DNA of 64,000 nucleotides from a virus: positions 82,967-146,966 of IMG/VR virus record IMGVR_UViG_3300045988_099717; one strand, given 5' to 3'. Below, in pieces: positions 9,966 through 19,201 of this stretch; within the stretch, counting starts at the first letter, position 1, and each line of letters starts with the position of its first letter. A model generated the notes under the pieces. That model was not told the origin of the DNA and ran no database searches. It worked only from the letters and a program-made list of their open reading frames with translations. Position numbers and translations under genes: made by a program.

Positions 9966-12221
9966 ATGGGTGTCAAATGTCAGATAGAAAAGAAGGAAAA
10001 TAAAATAGAACGGGTTGAGGCTCCTAACGGTGAGCCTTCCGTTCTTTACGAAAGTGCCTTAAAATTATTAGGAAACAGCGAGCGAGCTCTTCAAGTATGG
10101 GCTAAGGCTTACACCTCTGATTTTTTGTCGTATTATGGTCATTGGAATAACCCGGCTCCAGGGGAGATGTTTAATACCGATCCTAATGGCGAACCTCTTT
10201 TAGAAGATGTGCTGTCGTATATGAAGCGTCAGGCTTATTTTTCCGATCCCTTAACGGCTCAGGATGTTAAGGATGTAAGAGATGTTATGATATCCAATTC
10301 CATATATAGCATACGATCTCTTATTAATAGAGTTAGAAGCTCTTTTTATGTGGATGGCAATCTTATCCTAAATGAAGAAAATCTAAGAAGATCCGGCTTG
10401 TATAATGAGACGGAAATAAGTAGGATATTAGATAATCCTTCTGTATTCAATGAGGTCAGCTCTTTTATGAGGCTATTATTAGACTATTCTAATAACGAAC
10501 ACGATCTTGGGAAAGAGTTTTACTTCACAACCGTAGAAAAACCATACGGTCCTGTTGTGTATAAAAAAGGCGTCTTCAATAAATTAGGAAAGAGAGCATC
10601 ATACAATCCGGCTGAAGTTTATGAGGCTATAAAAAATACAGTAGGAGGTATTAGTGTTGCTTCAGAGTTTGATGCTGCTTTCGGATCTTTATCTGATTCA
10701 TATCCGGAGTTAGTTGAAAGATATCAGTCGGATAAGAGTTTTGCCTTGTCGATGTTCAACGAATTTTCGAATATGAACATCGTTCCGGTTGTGGCTTTAG
10801 AAGATAATAATATCGTAGAAGGGAAGAGACGGTCATTATCAAAGTTGCAAGATTATGCTTATTACAGCCCTATTGGATCTGAGTCATTACGAGCTCGTAT
10901 ATCAGCCTTTCTAAATAGGGTTAATGCTGATACAGAAGAAGACCTTAGAAGTATGATATGGGACGTAGAAGAGGCTTGTGTGGGTCTTGGTATAGATATC
11001 GTAGGCGTGTCTAAGGCATATGACGGAACAGAAGAATCGCTGAATAAAATTGATAGCTTGATGTTGGATCTTGATATTTATGTAGCAAGGCGCAACGATG
11101 ATACTTATGCTCCTACTTTAGCTTCTGCTATTGATGACGTTCTTGGAGATAGCAGGGATCGCCGTGTTATGTTTTTGCCAGAGTATATGGATAATATGAA
11201 TATCGTTTATATGGAATCTGACATAGATCCGGTATCGGCATTTGAAAATCATTCTCTGCTTTATCTTGGTGGAAACCTATATCATAAGGTAGAAAGAGAT
11301 AATTTAGGTGATTTGTACGATATGGCTGCCGAGCTTGCCAAGCAGAGCCTAACTTATTTCCCACCTGGTATCTATCCTGAATATTGTTTTAAAGATGGTG
11401 TTTTAGATAAGCTCCGCGTGAAAAACGTAGATAGTAAGGCCCTTGCTGATTCTATTAAAAAATACGTCCTGTCTTATACCGATTCTCAGAATACGGAAGA
11501 GATGAATGCTACCAGATTGGCGTTTGGTCATCTTGTTATTCCTGAAAGTCCGTATGTTAATGAAGAACGGGAGTTTAGCCGATACATAAACAGAAAGCAG
11601 GACAAAGAGAATCCTTTACTCTTATTCGATTTATACCAATCTTATCTTGAAAATAAGCTTCATAATACGGAAGTGTATGAAGGGGCATACAAGTATCTTG
11701 ACTTTAAACCAGATTATTTGCTGGGTCTTACCGTTTCAGATCCGGATACGTTAAAACAAATTGAACTATCTTTGGCAGGTAATGATCGTGAACAGCTATT
11801 TGAGTATAGCATGAGCAGTACCGATCCTTCTTTTACAGATCTGTTCTATTTGGATTATTATGATATGTTATATGCCGGTTCTGATTTCTATCACGATCTT
11901 TTCACAAAGCATCCTAATCTCTTAAATGAGGTTCGGGATCATAACATAACTAAGCAGGATGGTAATGTTATCGTAGAAGGGTTGTATAATAATTTTATCA
12001 GAATAGGGAACACAGTGTTCACTAAAGTCGGCGAAAGTAGTTCCGGCTCTATCTACCAAAATCTAACAGGAACCGAATCGGAGGTGAAATACGATTCTAC
12101 TCAGAAGGCTAAGACGGTAGAAACCGATTATGCTCCATACCAAAACAGATCTGGCTTGACACAAGACATGACCATAAGCAAGTCTGAATTAGGTGATCTT
12201 AATAAATTAGAATGCAAATAA
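9966..12221 (+). CDS. Large hypothetical protein of 751 aa, possibly structural
   Basis: Long ORF in the same direction as the giant-gene block, followed by a strong intrinsic terminator. No motif recognised. Confidence 0.7.
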   Translation: MGVKCQIEKKENKIERVEAPNGEPSVLYESALKLLGNSERALQVWAKAYTSDFLSYYGHWNNPAPGEMFNTDPNGEPLLEDVLSYMKRQAYFSDPLTAQDVKDVRDVMISNSIYSIRSLINRVRSSFYVDGNLILNEENLRRSGLYNETEISRILDNPSVFNEVSSFMRLLLDYSNNEHDLGKEFYFTTVEKPYGPVVYKKGVFNKLGKRASYNPAEVYEAIKNTVGGISVASEFDAAFGSLSDSYPELVERYQSDKSFALSMFNEFSNMNIVPVVALEDNNIVEGKRRSLSKLQDYAYYSPIGSESLRARISAFLNRVNADTEEDLRSMIWDVEEACVGLGIDIVGVSKAYDGTEESLNKIDSLMLDLDIYVARRNDDTYAPTLASAIDDVLGDSRDRRVMFLPEYMDNMNIVYMESDIDPVSAFENHSLLYLGGNLYHKVERDNLGDLYDMAAELAKQSLTYFPPGIYPEYCFKDGVLDKLRVKNVDSKALADSIKKYVLSYTDSQNTEEMNATRLAFGHLVIPESPYVNEEREFSRYINRKQDKENPLLLFDLYQSYLENKLHNTEVYEGAYKYLDFKPDYLLGLTVSDPDTLKQIELSLAGNDREQLFEYSMSSTDPSFTDLFYLDYYDMLYAGSDFYHDLFTKHPNLLNEVRDHNITKQDGNVIVEGLYNNFIRIGNTVFTKVGESSSGSIYQNLTGTESEVKYDSTQKAKTVETDYAPYQNRSGLTQDMTISKSELGDLNKLECK

Positions 12222-12266
12222 TTTTTGTATATATATGATATAGTTTTTTCATAATCACAATTTGGG

Positions 12267-12298
12267 AAGTGAGGCTTGTGAAAGTCTCACTTTTCTTA
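12267..12298 (+). terminator. Intrinsic terminator after the 751-aa ORF
   Basis: 7-bp stem aagtgag/ctcactt with a 12-nt loop, followed by TTTTCTT. Confidence 0.55.
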
Positions 12299-12931
12299 TA
12301 TATGTGTATATATCAATAACATATAAGAAAAGTTAGATTTTCATTGTTTATGGATTATTTTTATTAAGTTTGCGATATTAGTTTCAGGAAGGGATTATAG
12401 AAAATAGGGAAAAGTAAGAACAGAACGCAACTAATAACGGTAGGAAATGAGAATCAGTACCATCAAACGTAATAACAGCATTCATCTTATGTATAAAAAC
12501 ATTATGAATGATTTAGGTCAATTAAGAACTGTAGTTTCAAAATCCTATATTTATAATCTGATACAAAATCAAACCGGATTAAGTATCAGAACTATATCCC
12601 ATGTCTTGAATCACACAAAAGAACAGGATACAGATTCTTTGTGAAAAGCATACATTTTCATACATTTGTGTGTTCTTTAGTTTTTAGATTTAAGTTTTTC
12701 ATGGTATTAGTTTAGATTAGTGTAGATCAGGGTTCGCAGTGATGCGGGCCCTGGTTTGATTTAAAAAGTATTAAAATATTTGCTATTTAAGATCCTGTTC
12801 CTATCTTTGTTTCAGAAACAATGAACAACGAGATCCCACCTCTGGTTGTTTGATGTTGAAAGATATTTTTGGCTCATTAGGGTTTGTCATAGTGGGATCT
12901 GACATTCTCTTTTGGGCCTATTTTTTTTATC

Positions 12932-13816
12932 ATGGATAAAGTTTCTGTTTTTGAAAGTTCGGATTTTGGAGAGCTTAGAATTATTGTAGATCCAAAAGGA
13001 GATGTTTGGTTTGTGGCGTCAGATGTGGCTAAATCTCTTGGATATATAAATGCTAAAGATGCGGTAAAAAGACATGTAGATGATGATGATTCTATGCTTT
13101 TGCAAGTATCTGATAATCAATGGGGCGTAAAACGATCTATATTGAAAACCAGATATATAGATAGTATAAGAATAATTAATGAATCTGGTTTATATTCTCT
13201 TATATTATCTTCAAAATTAGAGTCTGCTAAGAGATTTAAGAAATGGGTAACATCTGAGGTTCTTCCTTCTATTCGTAAAACAGGAGAATACAAAACAAGT
13301 TCAGGCGGCAAGGGAATTTTGGTTCCTGACTTTTCTAATCCAGCAGATGCGGCAAGGGCATGGGCTGATCAGTATGAAGCTGCTCAGAGAGCTATAGCTG
13401 AAAAGTCGCAGGCAGAGGCAGAGAAGCAACAAGCCTTGAAAACAATAGAAGAGCATAAACCTGATGTGGAATTTGCCGAGTCTTTTAGGAAAGTAGACCA
13501 TAATAATATGTGGTTGATTCGTGATATTGCTAAAAAGTTAGAACAGAATGGTGTTATTATCGCCGAAAAGAATCTTCGATCATTTCTTGAAGAAGCTAAG
13601 TTTATGTTTAGAAACGGTCTTGGAAAATGGGGACTATATAGCAATGTTGTAGCTAAAGGATATGGAGTATATAGGTCTTATTTTGTTGATAAATATTCTG
13701 GTGAAAGAGTTAATCAACAAACTATCTACATGACAGGATCTGGATACGAAGTGACCCTCAATGGCATAAAAGGAAAACTCAAAAATGTATTTTTAAAATA
13801 TGGTAAATTTGCTTGA
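12932..13816 (+). CDS. Bro-N domain antirepressor-like protein with a KilAC/ORF6C-like C-terminal domain
   Basis: The N-terminus FGELRIIVDPKGDVWFVASDVAKSLGYINAKDAVKRHVDDDD matches the Bro-N signature. The C-terminal half resembles phage antirepressor C-terminal domains. Confidence 0.75.
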   Translation: MDKVSVFESSDFGELRIIVDPKGDVWFVASDVAKSLGYINAKDAVKRHVDDDDSMLLQVSDNQWGVKRSILKTRYIDSIRIINESGLYSLILSSKLESAKRFKKWVTSEVLPSIRKTGEYKTSSGGKGILVPDFSNPADAARAWADQYEAAQRAIAEKSQAEAEKQQALKTIEEHKPDVEFAESFRKVDHNNMWLIRDIAKKLEQNGVIIAEKNLRSFLEEAKFMFRNGLGKWGLYSNVVAKGYGVYRSYFVDKYSGERVNQQTIYMTGSGYEVTLNGIKGKLKNVFLKYGKFA

Positions 13817-13826
13817 GTTTGTTTAC

Positions 13827-13870
13827 AGGTAGTGTTTTAAAAGAACAAAAAAACACTACCTATTTTTTTG
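13827..13870 (+). terminator. Strong intrinsic terminator after the Bro-N gene
   Basis: Perfect 12-bp stem aggtagtgtttt/aaaacactacct followed by ATTTTTTTG. Confidence 0.7.
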
Positions 13871-13995
13871 TTTCTGTCTTTTCTGAAAATACTTCTCTTC
13901 TATAGGAAATAAATACACCCATATTCCACCTTACAATCATGATCTTTGTTACGTGCTTCATGCACGTATGTTTAACAATTAAATACTATAAAATT

Positions 13996-15006
13996 ATGGG
14001 TGGTGATAAAATCGTCCTTTTAGATGGAGCCGGGGCTAACGGCGGTGGTGCAGCAGCTACCAACGGTCTTCTTTCAATGATTCCCGGCATGTTTGCTAAT
14101 TTGATAGGTGGTAATAAAATGGATCCTAATCTGGTGGCGGCTTTGATGAACGGTCGTAACAACCAGGACGGTTTCGGCGGGGCTAACGGTTGGTGGCTCT
14201 GGATAATTGTTTTGTTCTGGCTGTGGGGTGGACGCGGCTTCGGTAACGGTTTTGGAAATGGCGGTGATTGTTGTGCCAATGGTTTGCCGGCTCAGTTGAA
14301 TAACGATTACGGTCGTGAACTTTTGATGCAGGCAATTCAAGGTAATCGTAGCGCCATAGATCAGATTGCTTCTGCTTTGAACTGTTCTACTACTCAACTT
14401 CAGAACGCTATCTGCAACGTACAGGGTGCTATTGATAAAGTAGCTGGTCAGGTAGGTATGACTTCTCAGGCTGTTATCAACGCAGTTCAACAACAAGGTT
14501 GTGAAATAGGAAATCAAATCAGCTCTTGCTGCTGCAATCTGAGTTCGTTAATCAATCAAAGCACTTGCCAGACTCAGGGAATGATTACTCAGCAAGGTTT
14601 TGATAACCAGCTTCGAACGTTGGAACAAACCAATATCTTGCAGAACGGTCTCAACCAAGGTCTGGCTAACAATCGAGAGCAAGCTACAAGCCAATTCAAT
14701 ATCTTGTCTGCGAAACTTGACGCCCAAACCGTTATGATCAACGACAAATTCTGTCAGTTGGAAATGAGGGAGATGCAGAACACTATTGCTCAACTTCGTG
14801 AAGAAAAAGCGGCTTTGACAGCTTCGGCATTATCTCAGCAACAAACCCAGAATATCGTTGGTCAATTACGTCCGACGGCCGTTCCGGCCTACCCCTCTTG
14901 TTCTCCTTACCAGGCTTATACTTGGGGACAGGTATTCGGAGGAGGTTGCTGCAATAACGGATGTGGATGTAACAACGGATGTTGCAATAACAACGCTGCT
15001 GTCTGA
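13996..15006 (+). CDS. Gly/Asn/Cys-rich predicted membrane protein
   Basis: ORF with a Gly-rich N-terminus, a Trp-rich hydrophobic segment WWLWIIVLFWLWGG, a Q/N-rich middle and a C-terminus GGGCCNNGCGCNNGCCNN with several CC/CCC motifs. The track start at 13939 is an alternative; ATG 13996 is more plausible. Confidence 0.55.
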   Translation: MGGDKIVLLDGAGANGGGAAATNGLLSMIPGMFANLIGGNKMDPNLVAALMNGRNNQDGFGGANGWWLWIIVLFWLWGGRGFGNGFGNGGDCCANGLPAQLNNDYGRELLMQAIQGNRSAIDQIASALNCSTTQLQNAICNVQGAIDKVAGQVGMTSQAVINAVQQQGCEIGNQISSCCCNLSSLINQSTCQTQGMITQQGFDNQLRTLEQTNILQNGLNQGLANNREQATSQFNILSAKLDAQTVMINDKFCQLEMREMQNTIAQLREEKAALTASALSQQQTQNIVGQLRPTAVPAYPSCSPYQAYTWGQVFGGGCCNNGCGCNNGCCNNNAAV

Positions 15007-15029
15007 TTTTATTAAGAGAGGAGGCTAAT

Positions 15030-15443
15030 ATGGCTTGTGTTTCTAAAATAGGATCGTTGTATGAGATGGTTACGAAGAATGTTATTGTTAGTACGACAAA
15101 TACAGTCTTCGGTATTAACCCACGGGCTTGGATCGCCCTTCCGTGTGAGGGTCTTATCCTTCTTAAGATAAGGCAAGTAGTCCCCACAGCCGGAAGTGCT
15201 CTACCGGTACAGATTGCGGTCCCGGCAAACAGCACAGTTTCAACAGTAGGAGCCGACACCTGTTGCCCGGTTACGGGAGTGAATGTCGTGAACCCTATTA
15301 ACGTAGCTGTCACGGGTGCTGCTATGGTAAATGGCACAGAACGCCTTCTGTACTTCAATAAAGTTCGTGGCGTGTTAAGATTAATGGATTGTTGTGTTCC
15401 GACAACAACAGCCCAGGCATCTGAAGTTAAAGCAGGTAAATGA
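15030..15443 (+). CDS. Hypothetical protein
   Basis: 137-aa ORF followed by a perfect 10-bp-stem terminator. Confidence 0.5.
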   Translation: MACVSKIGSLYEMVTKNVIVSTTNTVFGINPRAWIALPCEGLILLKIRQVVPTAGSALPVQIAVPANSTVSTVGADTCCPVTGVNVVNPINVAVTGAAMVNGTERLLYFNKVRGVLRLMDCCVPTTTAQASEVKAGK

Positions 15444-15450
15444 TTTCAGT

Positions 15451-15480
15451 AGGGTGATGAAGATCATCACCCTATTTTCA
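15451..15480 (+). terminator. Intrinsic terminator
   Basis: Perfect 10-bp stem agggtgatga/tcatcaccct with a 3-nt loop, followed by ATTTTCA. Confidence 0.65.
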
Positions 15481-15493
15481 CCTAACTAATATT

Positions 15494-15988
15494 TTGATCA
15501 TGTTTTCAGATTTGAAGAAAGGGTTTCAGGTACATACCCTTGATACTAATACAGTACCTAAATACGAATTGGGAAAGGTAGTAGCCGTATCCGAACCCAG
15601 GTATCTTCCTCCTCAGCCAGGTCAGTATCAGGCGATGCAGACCCGCGTGGTGGATCTGACGGTAGAGCTCACTGGCGAAACCAAGACCTATACGGTCCCG
15701 GAATCCCAGAATGTGGCTAAGGCTATGGGCATAACATTATCTACCAGCATAGATCCGATTATGAACGAACTGAATGCTATAAAAAACACCAGTCAAGACA
15801 TAATAAACAGCGTAGATGCCCATCGTGCCAAGATAGAGGCTTGTGAATCTATATTAGAAGATATCAATCCGGCATTCAAGCAAACGAGAGAGCAGGATCG
15901 TAAAATAGCTGGTATAGAAAATAAGGTGAATGACCTTACTGATTCATTCGAAGATTTAAAGAAGTTAATTGTAGAACGTTTGAAATAA
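15494..15988 (+). CDS. Hypothetical protein
   Basis: 164-aa ORF. No motif recognised. Confidence 0.5.
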   Translation: MIMFSDLKKGFQVHTLDTNTVPKYELGKVVAVSEPRYLPPQPGQYQAMQTRVVDLTVELTGETKTYTVPESQNVAKAMGITLSTSIDPIMNELNAIKNTSQDIINSVDAHRAKIEACESILEDINPAFKQTREQDRKIAGIENKVNDLTDSFEDLKKLIVERLK

Positions 15989-15995
15989 GTATAAT

Positions 15996-16364
15996 ATGAT
16001 AGTATATGATTTAAATTCAGGACACAGAGAATATCCTGGATATGACGAGATAGAAGACAGACGAGGTGGAGGCAGAGGCAGAAGCCGGCGTTCTGATGGG
16101 ACGTACATGGGGTATGGTGGTGGTATTTACGACCATTACGGTATGCATGAGAAGATGAAAGAAATGGAAGAGCGCGAAAACGAGCTGGAAGAAAGGGAAA
16201 GAAGGCTCGAAGAGCGCGAACGTCGTCATGAAATGGAGGACCGGGAATACCGGAGGATGGGTTACGAATCCTACCCGACCGATTACTATGGAGACGACAG
16301 ATACTACGGTGACGGACCTCAGATGCGTAGAGGTCGCGGACGTGGCAGAGGTCGTTCTTATTGA
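15996..16364 (+). CDS. RG/RGG- and ER-repeat-rich low-complexity protein
   Basis: Contains GGGRGRSRRS, ERERRLEERERRHEMEDREYRR and RGRGRGRGRSY. It ends in TGA and is in frame with the next ORF across an open 31-codon linker. Confidence 0.5.
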   Translation: MIVYDLNSGHREYPGYDEIEDRRGGGRGRSRRSDGTYMGYGGGIYDHYGMHEKMKEMEERENELEERERRLEERERRHEMEDREYRRMGYESYPTDYYGDDRYYGDGPQMRRGRGRGRGRSY

Positions 16365-16457
16365 GGAGCAGACGCAGAGGATCCAGCTTATCAGAAATAT
16401 GTAGATACTTACGGCTACCATTTTTCTAATGCTCTCGCTGATGAGGCGGTAAAGAAG

Positions 16458-16751
16458 ATGGTCAACATCGATGGATCCAAGAGGATCTGGAAGCAGCCGG
16501 AAATAAAAGATATTTTTGAAAAGTGCGGAGCGAAGAAGCCGGATAAAGCGACATGGGGCGATGTCCAATATGTCTTTGCAATGTACTATTCGGATGGTTT
16601 TCCGAAGGTCTTCAAATGTGAGAACGAGTTGGTGAAAGCTACGTTAATGTATTTGGATGATCCGGATGCTCCCGAAGGAGTAGCCTTTATAAGATGGCTT
16701 GCCGTGCAAGATTACCTCGGCGAAAAAATAAACTGGAAGGATCTGACCTGA
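16458..16751 (+). CDS. Hypothetical protein
   Basis: 97-aa ORF ending in TGA, followed by 62 further open in-frame codons. Confidence 0.5.
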   Translation: MVNIDGSKRIWKQPEIKDIFEKCGAKKPDKATWGDVQYVFAMYYSDGFPKVFKCENELVKATLMYLDDPDAPEGVAFIRWLAVQDYLGEKINWKDLT

Positions 16752-16908
16752 GATCCAGATCCAGGTCCTTCCGGTGGTGCGGGAGCCATAGTAAAAAATA
16801 TGATTCCCGCATTCCCGTTTTTCCCGTTTGGAAAAAAAGGAATAAAAATATTATACCGGTCGGCGGGCAATAGAATACCCGTGGCCGGTTTGTTTCACAT
16901 AACTTTTT

Positions 16909-17091
16909 TTGGATATGAATATAGCACACGAATCTAAATCGAATAAAACCCCATTGTATTTAATAGGAGAGTTGATTGGCGTACCGAATACGGTTATGGA
17001 CTCAGCATTGCATGAACTGAAAGATAGAATAGACAAAGACCCTAAATATAAAGATGTTAAAAATTGGCTCGAATCTTTACCCAAGATCTGA
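16909..17091 (+). CDS. Small hypothetical protein
   Basis: 60-aa ORF followed by a terminator. Confidence 0.4.
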   Translation: MDMNIAHESKSNKTPLYLIGELIGVPNTVMDSALHELKDRIDKDPKYKDVKNWLESLPKI

Positions 17092-17113
17092 ACCTATTTT
17101 TTTTAATACCAGG

Positions 17114-17143
17114 CCCGATGCGATTTTAACGTATCGGGTTTTT
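17114..17143 (+). terminator. Intrinsic terminator
   Basis: 6-bp stem cccgat/atcggg with a 13-nt loop, followed by TTTTTATTTT. Confidence 0.6.
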
Positions 17144-17218
17144 ATTTTAATTCATATTGTTTTATTTTAAATCTAATTAATTCATGAATGTCGTACTTTT
17201 GTTGAAAAAGTATTCTAT

Positions 17219-17446
17219 ATGGAAAATAAGGAAGATTACGTTGGTTACGAAGATCAAGAACTGTGTAACCTGTATTACAAAGAGGCTGAAGCCATGAGGC
17301 AAAAGCAGGACTGGTCTCGGCTTAGGGCTGTCCCTGCTCCGGCCAAGGGAACGCCATCGCCAGGCTGGGGTCAGCTTGGACGTGGAAATGATGTCCGTGT
17401 TAAGTACGTTAGCATCAATTCAGGATTAGGAGGGGACAGATTATGA
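17219..17446 (+). CDS. Small hypothetical protein
   Basis: 75-aa ORF whose stop overlaps the next start (ATGA). Confidence 0.4.
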   Translation: MENKEDYVGYEDQELCNLYYKEAEAMRQKQDWSRLRAVPAPAKGTPSPGWGQLGRGNDVRVKYVSINSGLGGDRL

Positions 17447-17658
17447 CTGTAGAAGAATTGGCTAATAAAAGATACAGTGGCGAATTTGTTTTCATGCTTG
17501 GTCATTTGGAAGGTATAACAAGATTCGTTTTTGAATGTTTTGATCCCAGACCTGATCACGAAGGTAAAAATACTTATATGGTTTCCTATTTTGATAAGGG
17601 ACTTCGTAGAAGAGATGTGGTAGATGTGCCATGTTATATGAATGTTTTAGCAAAATAA
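17443..17658 (+). CDS. Small hypothetical protein
   Basis: 71-aa ORF translationally coupled to the upstream ORF. Confidence 0.45.
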   Translation: MTVEELANKRYSGEFVFMLGHLEGITRFVFECFDPRPDHEGKNTYMVSYFDKGLRRRDVVDVPCYMNVLAK

Positions 17659-17678
17659 ATTAAAATATTGTAAATATC

Positions 17679-18314
17679 GTGGTTAGAATCGCATATTTCG
17701 GAACCGATGGCTGCCCTGGTCATTACGCTATTCCGATACGAGGTAAATTCACAGAAGAGGATATTAAGGTAATAGAATCTGTAGATTGTGATGATTTCTA
17801 TAAGGTATTTGACGTCATGCGTTTTAAGATAGCTGAGTTTAAAGGATGGACGATATTGGGGATCCCGGCAAGCTTAGACGATCATAGACCTGGAAGCAAA
17901 ACCGTTATCTTCATAGAGGGTGAAGCTAACGAAGCTGATTTTATAGAAGTCACACAAGAGTATTCTTTTCTTAAAAATAAGGTAAAGAAACTTGCCGAAT
18001 TGTATCATGATGGAGAATGGCTTGCGACTGGTAAATTGAATCAAGATCCGCCTACTAACAAGGAGCGGTTTCAATTTACGTTAGACAAGGATGATATTAT
18101 TAACATGATTAGGGGAGTCGATTTAGATCCTTATTCTGATGTGGCGAATGAAATGGAGAAAATCGGATTGGGATCATCATCTGATTCTTCATATGAGGGT
18201 CCCACATGGTCTTGGTTTGTTAACAAAGTAGAACTTTGGCAGAAGAATAATGTATGGGATAGTTTCTCCGCTGAGTTTTTGTGGGGTTTGTATTGTAGGA
18301 TAAAGAAAGTATAG
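17679..18314 (+). CDS. Hypothetical protein
   Basis: 211-aa ORF. No motif recognised. Confidence 0.5.
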   Translation: MVRIAYFGTDGCPGHYAIPIRGKFTEEDIKVIESVDCDDFYKVFDVMRFKIAEFKGWTILGIPASLDDHRPGSKTVIFIEGEANEADFIEVTQEYSFLKNKVKKLAELYHDGEWLATGKLNQDPPTNKERFQFTLDKDDIINMIRGVDLDPYSDVANEMEKIGLGSSSDSSYEGPTWSWFVNKVELWQKNNVWDSFSAEFLWGLYCRIKKV

Positions 18315-18337
18315 TAACAATTAATTTAAAACAAATC

Positions 18338-19201
18338 ATGGAATTAAAAGATTTTAAAGATGTGGTTAGAGTAATGACAAAAGAAGAGTTCGAATCAACA
18401 ATCGAAGAAGATATTAAATTCGTTGAGGGATTCAAGAATTTCTTAAAACATGATGATGCCACGAGGATAGTAGAGCATATCAAGTCTGTGTTAGAAGCAT
18501 CAGTAGATTACTACTATCCTAATCATCCTGAAGTAGAATTTGAAAAAGATTTTAATATACAATACGATGTCAATAATATCTTGAACAAATACGGCCACAC
18601 CGAAATGGGTATGTATAAAATACAGCTCTATATAGAGAATATTTTGGGTAGTATTCAAAACAAGAAGCCTGTAGACGTGGGAGAAGTCTCTGACGGATAC
18701 CACACTTTCAATGAATTGTATCGGTATCGCATGTTGTATAACGCTGCCTTCTTTAATCTATTAGCCAGAAGCGGACAGGTTGAAGTTTGCAAATCAAGGA
18801 GACACAGCGACGGAGAAAAATGCTTCGGTTCTGATGATTGGTTTATTGTGATGGCGATCCTACCTACCGGTCAGGTATCTAATCACTATGAAAGCAAATA
18901 CTGGGATTTGTTTGATGTTCCTGAAAGAGAAACCGCTTTCGAATACGATGGCCATACACCAAATGAAGCCTCCGACAGACTTGAAAAGTATCTCAAACTG
19001 CCTCGTCATGGCATGACATTCGAACAGGCTTTAGAACGGCTTAAATTAGGTCGTAAGATAAAAAGAATCGATTGGGGTAAAAAGTATATCTGTATGTTTG
19101 ACGTAAATATATTGATGATAGATACAGGTCAAAAAGTAGCATCAAATTGGAATCCAACCGAACATGATATTATGTCTAATGACTGGGAGATTGCGGGATG
19201 A
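18338..19201 (+). CDS. Protein with a C-terminal DUF2829-like (Tad2-like) domain
   Basis: The C-terminal ~60 aa, FEQALERLKLGRKIKRIDWGKKYICM...NWNPTEHDIMSNDWEIAG, match the DUF2829 signature as I remember it: an N-terminal F..AL..LK.G+.+.R..W and a C-terminal W.P...D....DWEI. The N-terminal ~220 aa are unknown. Confidence 0.55.
   Translation: MELKDFKDVVRVMTKEEFESTIEEDIKFVEGFKNFLKHDDATRIVEHIKSVLEASVDYYYPNHPEVEFEKDFNIQYDVNNILNKYGHTEMGMYKIQLYIENILGSIQNKKPVDVGEVSDGYHTFNELYRYRMLYNAAFFNLLARSGQVEVCKSRRHSDGEKCFGSDDWFIVMAILPTGQVSNHYESKYWDLFDVPERETAFEYDGHTPNEASDRLEKYLKLPRHGMTFEQALERLKLGRKIKRIDWGKKYICMFDVNILMIDTGQKVASNWNPTEHDIMSNDWEIAG

Noticed and set aside
12447-12644. 65-aa plus-strand ORF in the 700-bp leader upstream of the Bro-N gene
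   Set aside because: It is very AT-rich with a low-complexity N/I/K composition and no start context. It is more likely part of a regulatory leader, though a small peptide or RNA cannot be excluded.
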